Source: Elsinoe ampelina (lineage: Eukaryota). Taken from it: DNA of 64,000 bases. The DNA lies in contig ML992503.1 in the NCBI GenBank assembly GCA_010093995.1, positions 611,234-675,233 on the forward strand, in the 5' to 3' direction. The notes under the pieces are model-generated. The model was not told the origin of the DNA, ran no database searches, and saw nothing but the letters and a program-made list of their open reading frames with translations. A program made the translations under genes and the position numbers. This document shows, one piece after another, positions 13,977-26,183 of this stretch; the first letter of the stretch is position 1; each line of letters begins with the position of its first letter.

Positions 13977-14399
13977 TTTAACACTTAGTTCGACTTAGGT
14001 GTATACTAATATACTTAGTTAACTCTCTTTAGTATTGTAATAGTTAGAAGCTATCGACTCTAGTCTAGGAGAAAGAGAAAGAGAAACCTCTAGCCCTTCT
14101 ATCTCTAGCTAAGCGCCTACTACTACGTAAACCTACTTCTAAGAAGTAACCTAGCTCTCTACTACCTAACGAGAATAATACTACTATCGACTATTGTCCT
14201 ACTTAAGTAATAGAAGACAAATACTATAAGCAATGCCGAGACAGCAATTAGTATCCCTTTATAATTATACCTAGCAAGGAGCAAGTAAGGTACTATATTC
14301 CGTTAGTCCCTAAGATACTATCTATACCTATTCTAGCGCTTATAACTTGTATATTTAATAAGACTCTTAGTAGCTTAGACTTTGTTAAACTTTATACTA

Positions 14400-16866
14400 T
14401 AAATAACAACAACGACGAGTAAACTAGTAATAATCTAGCTAACTAAAGCTTTATCCCTATAGGTACTAGAATTGATTACTAGTCCGAAGAGTTCTAGAAG
14501 AGAGTCTATAACTTTATAGGCTTTAAGAAAGACATCTACTTACTAAACGCTAGTATATAGTGTTTTAGTTAGAATAAGAAGTATTTAGTTAAGGTAGTAT
14601 AGATATACTTAGCGCTTATTACACTTAAGAAATACCTTAAAGGCTATCTAGTATTTATATTTACATATAAGATAGAATTTAGAAAGACTCTAATAGGACT
14701 CTTCTTTCTCTTACTAATTTAGAACTTAAATAAAAAGGTTATCTAGGATACTAACTATGCTACTATACTTAAGGACAAGTAGAGTAAGTACTAGAAGGTA
14801 AAGACACTAGTCGACGAGCTATAGCTAGATATTGCTTCTATAGATACTATTAGCTATAATCTAATTATTAGCGGATTAAATATAATAAAATAGTACGCGT
14901 AGAAGACACGGAAGTTTATACCTAATATAAAGGTCGTCCTATGCTAGGGAAGAATATTCTAAGCTATATAAGAACACAAGTATAGTAATATATATAATAT
15001 AGACACTTTAATTTGTAAAGAGAATCTGCCTATAGGCTACTACTAATAGAAGTCTTAGCTAATAGATAAGTCTAGTAAGCCTATTAATACTATTATAGTT
15101 TTATAACTAGTTAATATATATAAGCGACACCCCCGGACCTTATAGATAAATAATTAGTTCTTCTTTACTACTTATAATACTATAATCTACTACTTCCTTA
15201 GTAAGAACAATATAAATACTAAGGATTAGAACTTTATTCCTAAGGGACAAGAGAGAAAGCTAAGATCTACGCCTATAAACTAGGCCGCTATTATCTTTAA
15301 TAAGTTCTATTAGGTCACTAGCTAGAAGACGTAGACCTAGTATTGTCTAGGAATACTACCGGGGAGGCCTTTTATACTAGGTATAAGCGGGACACTATTT
15401 GTTAAGTACTTAAACATAGTAGCGTTCTTAATAGTAGCTATATATAAGAACTTTAGATTAGAAAAGCTTAATACGAATAGAAGTAAAATAGGAGAATTTA
15501 ATAAGAACTATATCTATAAATCTAAGTAGGAGCTAACTAAGGCTAAGAATAACAAATATTAAGTAATATCGAAGATAATACTAGACAAGACTTAATAAGC
15601 TATTACTAATAAGCTTAACTTCTAAATAGTATTAGACTATACCTTTGTAATTAATAAATAGTATAAGGCGAACAATAACTCTAGTAAGTTTAACAAAAAG
15701 AGAGGTATATAGTTTATAGAAGAGATTATAGCAATAGTTAGCAAATAGAGCGCTATTCTTACAAATATTCTTATTAAGATAAATGTAAACTACATCTAGA
15801 AACCTTTCGATACTACTTCTAGTCTACTAGCTATTAGAGTTCTACTATATTCTACCTTCGACCTAGAGATTACTATTAAGGATAAGTATCTTTATAGTCT
15901 TATAAATATATAGAAGAAGATTAAACGGGATATAGATAAGAGTATATAAGAGGTAATTAATAGGTAAAAGGATAAATCTAATAAGCCCGAAGTAATATTA
16001 GAGATAATCCTTAATAAGAAGACTAAGGAGTAAATACTAAGCCTAGTTACGCCGCTACTGCTTTTCTCTATATTTCTTACTCTTATAGATATATTCTAGA
16101 ACAATCCTATAGTCGTAGAAGAGTTTAGCGACTTTACTATTAAGTTTGCTTATAAAATTATACGTAACTTCTTAGAGATAGCGCTATAGTAGCATATAGA
16201 CAAGATCTATACTAGTCCTTAGATAAAGGTCCTTCGTAGTGTTATTTCTAAGATTATTAAGCAGAATATCTCCTATTCGAAGGAGCTAAAGAGGTAAGTA
16301 ATTGTCTATACGTTTACACTGTTAGTGCTAGTAGTTACTACGATAGTTAGTTTAGTCTATTTAGTCTATTTAGGTTATTACTAACAAGGGCATAGTATCT
16401 AAAATAGCTTAAGAAGCACCTAGACAGTAAAGTAATTAGGATCGATAAGGATGCTAATATAGTTGTTATCTACTATAGAATAATATCTATACCTACCTAT
16501 ATAGACATTGTTAATATAGCTATATCTAACAATACGTTTATTAAACCTAATAGGCCGGAAGGCTTAAGGATCTTAATTGCCTAGGGTAAAGCTATTAAGA
16601 CTAGTCTTAATCTAAACTGCTTCGACACTATAATCTTACTCGACATAGCGTTAGTATTATAATCTGTCCTTTAGTGTCTAGCTTAGGTCCGTAGAAACAT
16701 TAAGTCTTAGAAAGCTAACTACATAGAGGCGTTTATAATAAAGCTAATAGCTCTATTCTATAGGCCTCTAGAATAGCTTAATAGTAGATAGAGTAGGCTA
16801 TTAATAATATAGAAGGTTATCTACGAGGAAATAGAGAAGTAGAGAGTAAAGATCTAGAAACTTTAA
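14400..16866 (+). pseudogene. RIP-inactivated SNF2/SWI2-family (SF2) helicase/ATPase
   Basis: In one frame: motif I FTYKIEFRKT = FA(H)EMGFGKT (14,660-14,689); motif II IIFNKFY* = IIFDEFHQ (15,290-15,313); motif III ISGTLF = MSGTPF (15,383-15,400); motif IV RQVIVYTF (~16.3 kb). A 50-nt intron at 16,346-16,395 (GTTAGT..CTAAC..TAG) shifts exactly into the frame carrying motif V TSLNL = TGLNL and motif VI *CLA*VRR = QCLA(R)VRR. Start position approximate. Confidence 0.8.
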
Positions 16867-17370
16867 TAAGCTATAGCGAAGAAGAACACAATTATTATAG
16901 ATAATAATTAAGATTACTAGATAATAGTCTAACTATATTACCTAAAAATACAATTCTTTAGTTTAGCGAACTAATTTAGTTCCCTATACATGTTAAACTA
17001 TCTTTTAGGTTACCTAATATAATATAGCATCTAAACGTTTCTTACTTTCTACTATCGCTAAAATTTAGCCGGCTAACTCTAACTACGAATTTAGATCTTA
17101 AGCGATAAACACAGATATACTAAGGCAAATTAGTAAATGCTCGGCCTATAGGAAGATTATATAATCTAGTAGAGGCCTTGTCTAACATCTACTATATTAC
17201 TAGAGGAGAGAGCTACTAATAAGTAATATAGCGTAAGTCTTACTAGAGTAATATAGCAATAGATATCTACGTAGAGACGACGCTAGTAATAATCCCTACT
17301 TGTTTAATAAGGGAGAGCGCTTACTGTCTAATAAAGGCTAACGAGGTAGCATTACTAGTAATACACGATA

Positions 17371-17883
17371 TAGTCTACTAACGCCGAATAACTCGCTAGT
17401 CTACTTTACTCCGCTACGAATAACAGTAACTAAGAATCGAACTAAACACTAGAGTAGAAACGAAAGTCTATAGCTAGTAGAGGGTGTTCTTCCCCCTTTG
17501 TCTACTATATAGTATAGTATAGTAGACAATCCTCTTAGTCTCTTTACTAACCTTAACTCTCGACCTCTAGCACGTAGAATAGATAGTAATAGTAATAGTA
17601 GACTCGATAGTAACATATACGAGGAAGAGGAGAGTATAGACAAGGTTATAATAGGAGACATATACGAGAAAGAGTAAGTAATTATAGCAAGTATAACTAG
17701 TAGCACGTCTATAGGGCGGAGTACTAGGAGGTTGTCCTTATCTAGTAGAGCTATATCTAATTGTACCACGTTTAAGATAGCTACTAGTATACCGGCTAGT
17801 AGCGAAGAGTTAGTTATAGATATAGTTTATCCTTAGTTTACATTAACTAATCTTGTCTAGATCTCTCTAAGTCTATAATATAT
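17371..17883 (+). repeat. ~510-bp direct repeat, copy B
   Basis: Matches 10,151-10,663. Confidence 0.9.
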
Positions 17884-17899
17884 ATACTAACACTAATAA

Positions 17900-20654
17900 T
17901 AAACTAAATTACAATTAGTTAGGCAAGACTTAACTAAAGGAAGCCTTTATTAGCGGCATAGACGTAGGTCTTACCTAGTAGCTTATAAAGGAGAAACTTA
18001 GTAGAGCTATAATTACGTAATTACTTAAAGACCTACGTATATAACCTCTAGTAGAGAGCCTTAGTTAGCAAACTACGAATAAACTAATAGAGAAGATAGA
18101 GAATTTAGATACAAGCGGGGGCATTAATAGCTAGTAGACCTTGAGCTTTATACTAAACACTAATCGTAGGCCTAAAAGACATACGTTCTAGCATCTAGAT
18201 ATTCTTATAGCAATACGCTTCTTGCTTAGCTATTATAGTTTTATAGTAGACATAGACTATAGCCTATATAGAGTCTTTATAGAAGCTATTAAGAGTAAGC
18301 TACTACAACAAGTATATACTAAAATAGCAAGCGGCGACTAGTAGTAGGACATATAAAAGCGACTTAGGATACTAGGGGCTACTATTATTCCATTAATTAT
18401 CGTAAGTAATTAGACCTAGGTAATAAACTATTAAGGAGATCTTATAGTATATACTATCTATCTATTATTAGGCAACCTAAAGGCGGAAGTATATAATAGC
18501 AACTACTAGCTAGAGTAGTTACTAATTAGCTTACTTTCTATTATTAAAGATAGTAGTAATATTATTAAGGAGAAGACCTACTACGCTTATATAAAGAAAA
18601 TCTTTAACACTGTTATTAATTACTACTCGAGAGAGAGTAAAATAATCTTCTATACGAATAGAAAGAGGCAGAGATACTTCTCTATACTTGCTACTATACC
18701 TACAAATTACGCCGAATAGGTTACTATAACCGGTATAAAGTTACTATATTATTATATAAGTTGCCTAATTAGTAAGGACGAAAGAGAGGACCTAGTAGTT
18801 ACTACGCTGTTCTAAACTTACTACTCTACGTAGCGATAATAGTGCTTATAGAGAGAAGTACACAAGAGTTAGTAGCGAAGCAAGAAGATAGATATAAGCT
18901 CTTAGGTTTATATAGTTAGTTACTTTACGTAGGATCTTCCGTATACTAATATTTACTACGCGATAGTACTAGATATTCTATACTAACTTCTTAAAGGCGT
19001 TTTAATACATGTCTTACACTAGACTTAAAAATTGCTCTAGGATTTAATGCCTATATAGAGATTACTACGGTATATAAAGGCTAGAGAGACTATATAGCGA
19101 ATAGGCTACTAGCGCTCGGTAAAGAAGATTATACTTAATATTATTAACAAGCGTTTCGATAGTATACTAGTATTTCCTAGCATCCGACACTTCTTGCACT
19201 ACTTAGCTATTAAGTAATAGACAGGTTAAGAGTAGAAGAGTATTATACGCTAGATGCTTCTAGTATTTATACTACTACTCGAGGAGGTTAAGGTACCTTA
19301 AGCTATTAAGTTTATATATACACTAGTTAACTTTATATTACTAGTGAACTATAAGACCTATAACGACAATATACTCTAGTATATTAACCTTGCGCTCTTT
19401 AGGATAAACAAGTACAAAGAAACCTTCTAGGCCTATTATAGCGACAGGAAAGAAGAAAGCAACTTTAACTTTCCGAAATAGTACTTAATAATACATTTTT
19501 TAAAGGCTATCTATAATTTTAGAGTAGTTACTAGCCTTAATTCTAATTATTTAAAGCATAATTATATATGCTTTATTAAGGACGCCTTTAAACTTATAAA
19601 TAAGAAAGCTAAATAGAAAGACTAGGTTACTACTTATAATACTAAACTAGTAAACATATTAGTAATATTTAATAACCCCTCGAAGTTAGTTAGGCTATTA
19701 GCTACTAAACTAATTAAGATCTAGAGTACGCTAGTTAGCGTAAGCGATATAGTAAATGTTACTTCTTAGTTCGGCTAGCCTAGTGCTAAGAGGAGAGCTA
19801 TATAGCGTATAGTAAGAGAACTAGAGGCGCTTATTAACATGCTACCTAGGCTATTACTATAGCAAGTAATAGCGGTATTTGTCCGCGAGGCTCGTTAAGA
19901 TATAGCTAACATAGGCTCTAACTCGAGAACTAAATACTTTAATTAGTTTAATACTAAACTAGATCCTAATAGACTCGAACTAGATTCTTCCTAGGTAAGT
20001 AACCTTCGCGTTAAGTTCTACTATTCTTTAAAGTATAGGAAACTATCCGACTATAATCCTAATAATTCTAATATAGACGAATAAGACTTTATCTAGTACA
20101 TAACTAAATAGTAGAGAATACGTAGTAATAAGAGGCAAGACTAGCTCTAGGTATAAGAATAGACAACGAACAACGAAGGCACTAATAGAGCATTACCTAA
20201 TAGCCTATAAGGTAAGTTACTAGCTTGTATTATGTTTATAATAACTATAGAGGATAGCTTCTAGTCTAGTAGATTAGGCCGGCATTAACGCCTATACTAC
20301 ATAGGAGCGCTAGTAGATCTATATTAGCCTACTCGGCCGGATAGAGTAGCTAATCGAGAGTATAGTATAACACTAATTAAGCCTTAGACAAATCGACGTG
20401 TACGAGCTAGACAGAACGCTCTTACTAGTAGACGTATCTACTCTACCTTGTAAATCTACTATAGTATCTACGTCGTACTAGTAAATAAAATAAGGCTATA
20501 TAGCTAGATATACATTAATAATATAGCCGACTTTAACATATATAATATACTATAGAATAAGTTATAGAAGTCTAAATAGCTCTACCTAGCTAAGACTTTA
20601 AAACAAGAGAGATTAAGATCTCTAGGCGTAGTTAGTAAGTATAGTAGGCATTAA
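17900..20654 (+). mobile_element. RIP-inactivated Plavaka-family (CMC/CACTA-related) transposase
   Basis: One unbroken frame carries Plavaka-type motifs after de-RIP: SGDWWWDMQ (18,330), GATIIPLII.SDQT (18,375), YL.LGNL, CADGKRQRCF.IL....DYAEQ (18,651), DILHQLLKG (18,972), KRF..IP.FPGIRHF..QWTG.EQK, NFNFPK.H (19,461), KDAF..TNKK, YINN..DFD.YN (20,511). Confidence 0.85.
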
Positions 20655-20799
20655 CGAAGCTAGAGTACTTCTTTCGTAGCTAGAACGATTATCTCTTATA
20701 TTAACAGCCTAACGCTTAGGTATACTTAGGTTAACTACTAGACTATGTTAGGTAGGCGAGTTATAATAACTTCTGTAGGTATTACTCTAACTAGTTAGT

Positions 20800-21262
20800 T
20801 TACACCTATATATTATTAGGTTAGTCCCTAAACTATATAGAGTTTATAGCCTAAGGTGCCTTATATAGTTTTTACGCTAAAGAGTTAGTCTATTCCTTTA
20901 CTAATTATAATAGCTTAGGAAATTATAGTAAGGCGTTATAGAAGTTAGTCTTTAAGATGCTTAAGACATACTCTAAGTATTTAGTAACAGCGGTAAAAGG
21001 CTTAGGTTAGTAAGTTATTTTTAGGTTAGTTTTACTAATAGAGTTAGTAGTCTAAGAGGAAAGTTTATTCTCTATAATAAGTTTACTAATAAGACTCTAA
21101 TATAGATAATAGCGCTTTACTCTATTCGCTATTATATTGTAGGGATCTACTCGATGCTACTAGAGTAGTTACTAAGGACTTATTCCTTTCTATCTAACAG
21201 ATAAGATCTATAATAACACTAGCTTAGAAGACCCGCTAGGGAATATTCTTATTAATCTCTAT
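20800..21262 (-). pseudogene. RIP-degraded gene relic, paralogous at its N-terminus to the relic ending at 22,841
   Basis: De-RIP N-terminus is MEIDENIPQRVFQAGVIMDLI. Bases 21,202-21,262 match 22,781-22,841. Confidence 0.35.
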
Positions 21263-21949
21263 ATATATACTATACGCGGGAAACAAGTCGAGGAAGAAGC
21301 TACCCTTTAGTACGGTAAGTAGCCTCTTCCTTATCCTTTAAAGTCTCCTCTATATCTACGTAGGTCGTAAGTATTTCCTTATAAGATTATTAGTGTATAA
21401 TATATATACGACAAATCCTGTCTATAAGATTATATACTAGATTATTCTATACGTGCTATTACTACAACTACTACTTAGTAGTAGTAATAGTAGGGCGGCG
21501 GGATATAGTAGGAAAAAGTGTTATTATACCTACCTCCGAGAGAGAAATACTCTCTTTCTTCCCTATACTTTCCTCCTTACTCTCCGCTATAGTAAGGTAT
21601 ACTATAACTAAAGCTACTACTACTACTCTCTCTATAACTACTATTGCTTATATATAGCTACAACTATAAGTTATTACCGGAAGCTTAGTACGCGTTAGAG
21701 TAACCTTATCTTTAATATATAGTAATAAAGTGTTATAATCTTAACCCGGACACTGCCTCTATTACCTCTCTAACGACTACTATAACTAGCGCTAAGAGCT
21801 AGTAAGGTAAGAAGCGTACTACCCCTACCTTTGCTAGTGTCTATAGCTATGCTAGCATTAAGCTCGGCAAGGTAGAGGAGAAGGGTAAGAAGCAGAAGGA
21901 GCCTCTTATTATTACTAATTACCTCCTTACTAATAACCTTATAGATAGA

Positions 21950-22841
21950 TAGTTAGGGTAGATCTTAAACTTCCTAGAAAGAGTATTTACTTCTCCGCTA
22001 TAACTGCCTTTAAGCTATCGTTTAGACTACTATATCCTTAGTACTATCTCTAGGGCTGCTTAGATACTATACTAATGTCCGTTAGACCTTACTTTTCTAA
22101 GTAGTCTTTCGTAGCTCTAGAATTATCCTTCTAGTAGATATACTATTTCGTGTTAGTAGACGAGGGATTAGCTTAGCCTAAACTAAATGTCTATTACATT
22201 TCCTATACCTGTCTATGTTAGTGTTAATCTTCTTAGAATAGGCTATAGCCTTGCTACTATAGCCACTATTAATGTAGTATATCTAGCTTCTATCGTTATT
22301 CTCTTCCTACGTTACTAACGACTTTTAAGTACTAGAACAGGTCTATAGGTATTTATACTCGATGTTGTAACTGTGCTTAGCTATAATAATTAAGTCCTTC
22401 TTAGGAAAAGCTTTCTCGTATCTATAAGCCTAAGTTATAAATGCCTCTCTATAAGCTTGTTTTACATTGTTAACGATATAGGCTGCTAGATAGTAGAACT
22501 CGTAGGCTATAGGGCAATAGAGGCGCTTTTCGTTAGTATTAACCTTTATCGCTAGCTATATAGTTATGTAAAAGTGCTTATCTTTAGAGACATCTAACAC
22601 CTTAATAGACAACTAAGTAGAGACAATAAAATAGAGTTAGAATAAGTATATATTAGTTTAGGGTTTTATGTTACAAGCTAGAGAATAAGGCGTATAATGT
22701 CTACTTTCCTATTATAGCAAAAGCACTTCTATACTAAGCTCCGATAATATAGAGTATATACTTCTCCTCTATCTAGCGAATAAGATCTATAATAATACTA
22801 GCTTAGAGGGCCCTCTCTAGAAGATGCTTGTTAATTTCTAT
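21950..22841 (-). pseudogene. RIP-degraded gene relic, product unidentified
   Basis: De-RIP N-terminus is MEIDKHLPERALQAGIIMDLI, with a protein-like frame downstream. Confidence 0.35.
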
Positions 22842-22888
22842 ATCTATTCTAGTTATAGCAAGTAGAGCGTTTGTCTAATCTAAGGCAC

Positions 22889-22959
22889 GTACGGTGCGTT
22901 TAACTAAAATTAGGTAGGTACGGTATGTTTAACTAAATTTAGGTAGGTATAGTGTATTT
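22889..22959 (+). repeat. 29-bp tandem repeat, ~2.5 units
   Basis: GTACGGTGCGTTTAACTAAAATTAGGTAG / GTACGGTATGTTTAACTAAATTTAGGTAG / GTATAGTGTATTT. Confidence 0.85.
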
Positions 22960-23479
22960 GTAGCGACCTAACGTAGTTAAACTTAGTTTAATGTAGAGAA
23001 ACCTAATATTCTAACTCTCTACGCTTAGGACTTTCGTAACGTAATATAGTAAAGAATATTATTAGTAATAGAAGACACTAGCTTACTATATAAACTATCT
23101 AGTAGCTTATTATTATAAAGCTTATAATAAGTCTCTCTTTGTTAAGTAGTAATATTGTTACTAGCAGTTATTAAGATACTATTAATAGTAGTTATAAAGA
23201 TACTACTATAGACGAGGTAGATAACCTACTTAAGCTACCTTCTTAAGAGAGTAACTTTATTCTAAGCAATTACAAGGAGGACAATAACATCGATAACAAC
23301 GAGCCTCTAGTAAAGTATATAAGATTATCTATAAGAGTATAGAATAGAACTATTTATAAATACGATAACCGAGTGTATAAGATGCTATAATTAGAGACTA
23401 TAATTATTACTGTCCTTCCTGATTTTAAATTCTATATAATGTCTTATATTAGAGAATTAAGAGAAGCTTCTATTACTTA

Positions 23480-23638
23480 TGTAATACCTACCTACGTATA
23501 GGCGTAGGTTATAGTAGATAGAGTATTTAGGTACGCGAAATACCTACTACCTAACCCCTACTATACCTACTACTAAGAATACTCTACCTAACCTATACCT
23601 ACTATGCTAAGAAATAATACTCTACTCTACTCGCAGTG
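23480..23638 (+). mobile_element. Candidate right end of a CACTA-like element: subterminal TACCTAC repeats ending in CAGTG
   Basis: Clustered TACCTA(C) motifs are followed by CAGTG at 23,634-23,638, the reverse complement of the CACTG terminus. It is un-RIPped in a CA/TG-depleted context, and copia-like coding sequence follows immediately. Confidence 0.55.
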
Positions 23639-25986
23639 GAATACCTACTACCTACTAACTACCCTAAGTTAGAGTAATCTAGATTAAGGGCTAAGCCTAT
23701 CTTAGTAGCTAGATAAGAGTTACCCTATTATACTAGATTAGTTACTACCTCTATTAGACTAATTAGATAAGGCTATTCTAGATCTAAACCCGGCTTAGAT
23801 CTAGGAATCTTTACTAAATAAATAGTTCTTTAATACTCTAGCCTTACTACTATCTATAGTAGTATAGCTATCTCCTCTACTAATAGGAGAAGATAAAGCT
23901 AAAGGAGATAAGATAGAAGTTTAGACTAAAGGGGTAGTTAAAGCTTAGCCTAAGTAACCTCCTTAAAGAATTGCTATAAGGTTAGCTAACCTTCTTCCTA
24001 AATATATCCTTATAATAAGAAGAATAAGAAAACTAAGAAGGCAAGTATATATTACTACCCTTATATAAACTAATAAGGCTCCTAGATATTACTAAGCCTT
24101 TAATACTTATCTATTAATAATACTAACTTAGCCTAAGCTAGAATTAAGAGACAATCTTCTACTACTACTAGCTAATATTAGAGAACTTAAGGCTTATTCT
24201 TATAAGAAGTAATTTTAAGAGGCTATAAAGGTTAAATTACTTACTTTACACTTAAAATATATATAGACTATTATACTAGTAGCTTAAGCTACTAGTAAGC
24301 CTATCTCTTTAATATAGGTATTTACCTATAAAGTTAATAACAAAGGAGAGATTATAAAGCATAAAGTAAAAGTCTATATAAGGAGTAATCTCTAATTAAT
24401 AGAATCTAAGACTTATATAGTAACTCTAGCAGCTAAGATCTTTAGAATGCTTATAGCATTACTTACTTATAAAGACATAAAGGCTATCTAGATAGATGTT
24501 ATTAATGCTTATATTAATAGTCCTATTAATAAGACTATCTACTACACTATCCCTACTAGATTTAAGCTAGTAGTAGAGGATCTTATAAAGGACTATCCTA
24601 GTATTACTCTATTAGAGGCAATTCTATTGCTTAATAAGGCACTATATAGCCTAAAGTAAGCCCTAGCTCTCTAGTATACTAAATTTACTACTACTCTAAA
24701 GAGTATTAAATTTACTTAAGCCTCTAAAGCTCTATACCTCTAGATAATACTTAAAGTAATAATCTTCTTCTTTGTAAATAATATTACTATTATATATCTT
24801 AAGAAATATAAGGAGAAAGCTAATACTATTATTATAGCTCTCTATACTAAATATAAGATAAAGGTACTTAGAGATCTAAGCTAGTTTCTAGCTATCTAAG
24901 TTATAAGGGATAGACTAATAAAGAGACTCTAGCTTAGCTAAGCCTAGTATATATAATAGATATATAGTAAGTTTATTATAGAACTAATAAGGCTAGTGTT
25001 AATACTACTACTAATTAAGATACTTTAACCTTATAAAGGCTAAGTATTACTATAAGAGATCTACCTATATTAGTAAAAGATAAAATCTATTAACTTTATA
25101 GTAGTTATTATAAGGCCTAATATAGCCTTTGCTACTTCTAGATTGTTAAAGCATCTAACAAATCTATTACTAACTTACTAGAGAATAGCAAATAGAGTAA
25201 TCTAGTATCTCTATAAAACTAAAGATCTAGCTTTTACCTTTAATAGCTTAATACTACCTCTAATCTTCTAAGCCTTATTAGATACTAGCTTTAGTAGTTA
25301 CCCTTTAAGGAAGAGCCTTTAAGGCTATCTATTTAAGATGTTTTAAGGCTTAATTAACTAGAAGACTACTAAGTAGCTAATAGTTATAACCTTAAGTATA
25401 GAAGCTAAATTACTTACTCTTATAGAGACTACTAAGTAAGCTATATAGTAGAGGAGGCTAATAGCCTTTATCTATCCTCTTAAACATGTTAGTATTTAAT
25501 ATAATAATTAGTAAACTATTAGTCTTATTACTACTCTAATTAAGAAGCTAAATACATGTCTTTACTATATTAATATTTATTATTATTAGCTAAAACAAGA
25601 GATTAATTAAGCTAGAGATCTATCTAGCCCTATCTTAGTAATATAGACACTATTAGTAGACACCTTAGCTAATAGATTAACTAAATTATTACTACCTAGA
25701 AGGTATAAGGCCTTCTTATAATAGCTATCCCTCGAGTTAGTAGTCTACTAACTAGCTATTACAGAGTTATAGCTACTTAGTAAAGGGGTATATTAACCGA
25801 GGTATAAGCTAGAGCGCTAAGAAGGACCCTAATTTAGTTTATCCCCTAGTAGAACTAAACACTTATCTACTACTCTACTAATTTATAATTAAATTAGATA
25901 GTTATTGTCTTAATCTGTTGTTACTTAGGAGTTCTATTGATTTATCTATCTCTTAGTTTATTAGGTTAAGTATTTATGTAGTTATA
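23639..25986 (+). mobile_element. RIP-inactivated Ty1/copia LTR retrotransposon, 3' half (linker-RT-RNaseH-PPT-3'LTR)
   Basis: One frame after de-RIP: KPISL.WVFTYK (24,297), HKA.VCVRGDLQ, Q.DVINAYINS, KALYGLKQAP.LWY, FVDD (24,771), RPDIAFA, SDASF, SSTEAELL, DNQQTI, HIDIHHHWL, LADGLTK (25,665). Confidence 0.9.
25791..25986 (+). repeat. Putative 3' LTR of the copia element (~196 bp)
   Basis: Follows the polypurine tract AAAGGGG(T)A at 25,782-25,790. Starts TATT (RIPped TGTT) and ends ..GTTATA (RIPped ..CA) exactly where the RIP signature stops. Confidence 0.65.
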
Positions 25987-26183
25987 ATCCACCTCAGTTT
26001 GGTGGATCAGGCAGTAATCAATCCTTTTTCCTCCCCCACACAAGTCAACAAGGACACACCGTCACGTGAAGTCCCTCCCACCGGAACCTTTCCGCAGGCA
26101 TATCAAAAATTCATCCTCACACCATCTTCACCTCCCCTCACTACAAACCACTTCACATCACCGCACTCCGCCCAACGATAACC

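Larger units (their letters stand above)
1..25986. repeat. AT-rich RIP-mutated transposon block
   Basis: TpA is everywhere, CpA/TpG are nearly absent and CpG is retained. In-frame TAG/TAA fall where W/Q codons are expected in recognisable proteins. Normal composition resumes abruptly at ~25,987. Confidence 0.95.

Noticed and set aside
13016..13984. 322-aa ORF in the track
   Set aside because: Artefact of translating the N gap.
16294..16299. GTAAGT as the helicase intron donor
   Set aside because: It is better explained as RIPped coding sequence (RQVIVY). The GTTAGT donor at 16,346 gives the exact frame correction.
7576..17769. Hydrophobic minus-strand ORFs 7576..7770, 10217..10486 and 17449..17769
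   Set aside because: Leu/Ile/Tyr-rich by-products of RIP on the antisense strand of plus-strand relics, with non-ATG starts.
22889..22959. CRISPR-like array
   Set aside because: Head-to-tail tandem units without spacers, in a eukaryotic context.
199..22980. Recurring CGACCTAA..TAGTT-like motif as an element-specific promoter signal
   Set aside because: RIP collapses sequence complexity, so such matches are expected by chance, and some fall inside presumed coding relics.
1..23638. Starship element
   Set aside because: No tyrosine-recombinase captain or typical Starship cargo recognised; the only mobility gene seen is Plavaka-type. It cannot be excluded outside the window.
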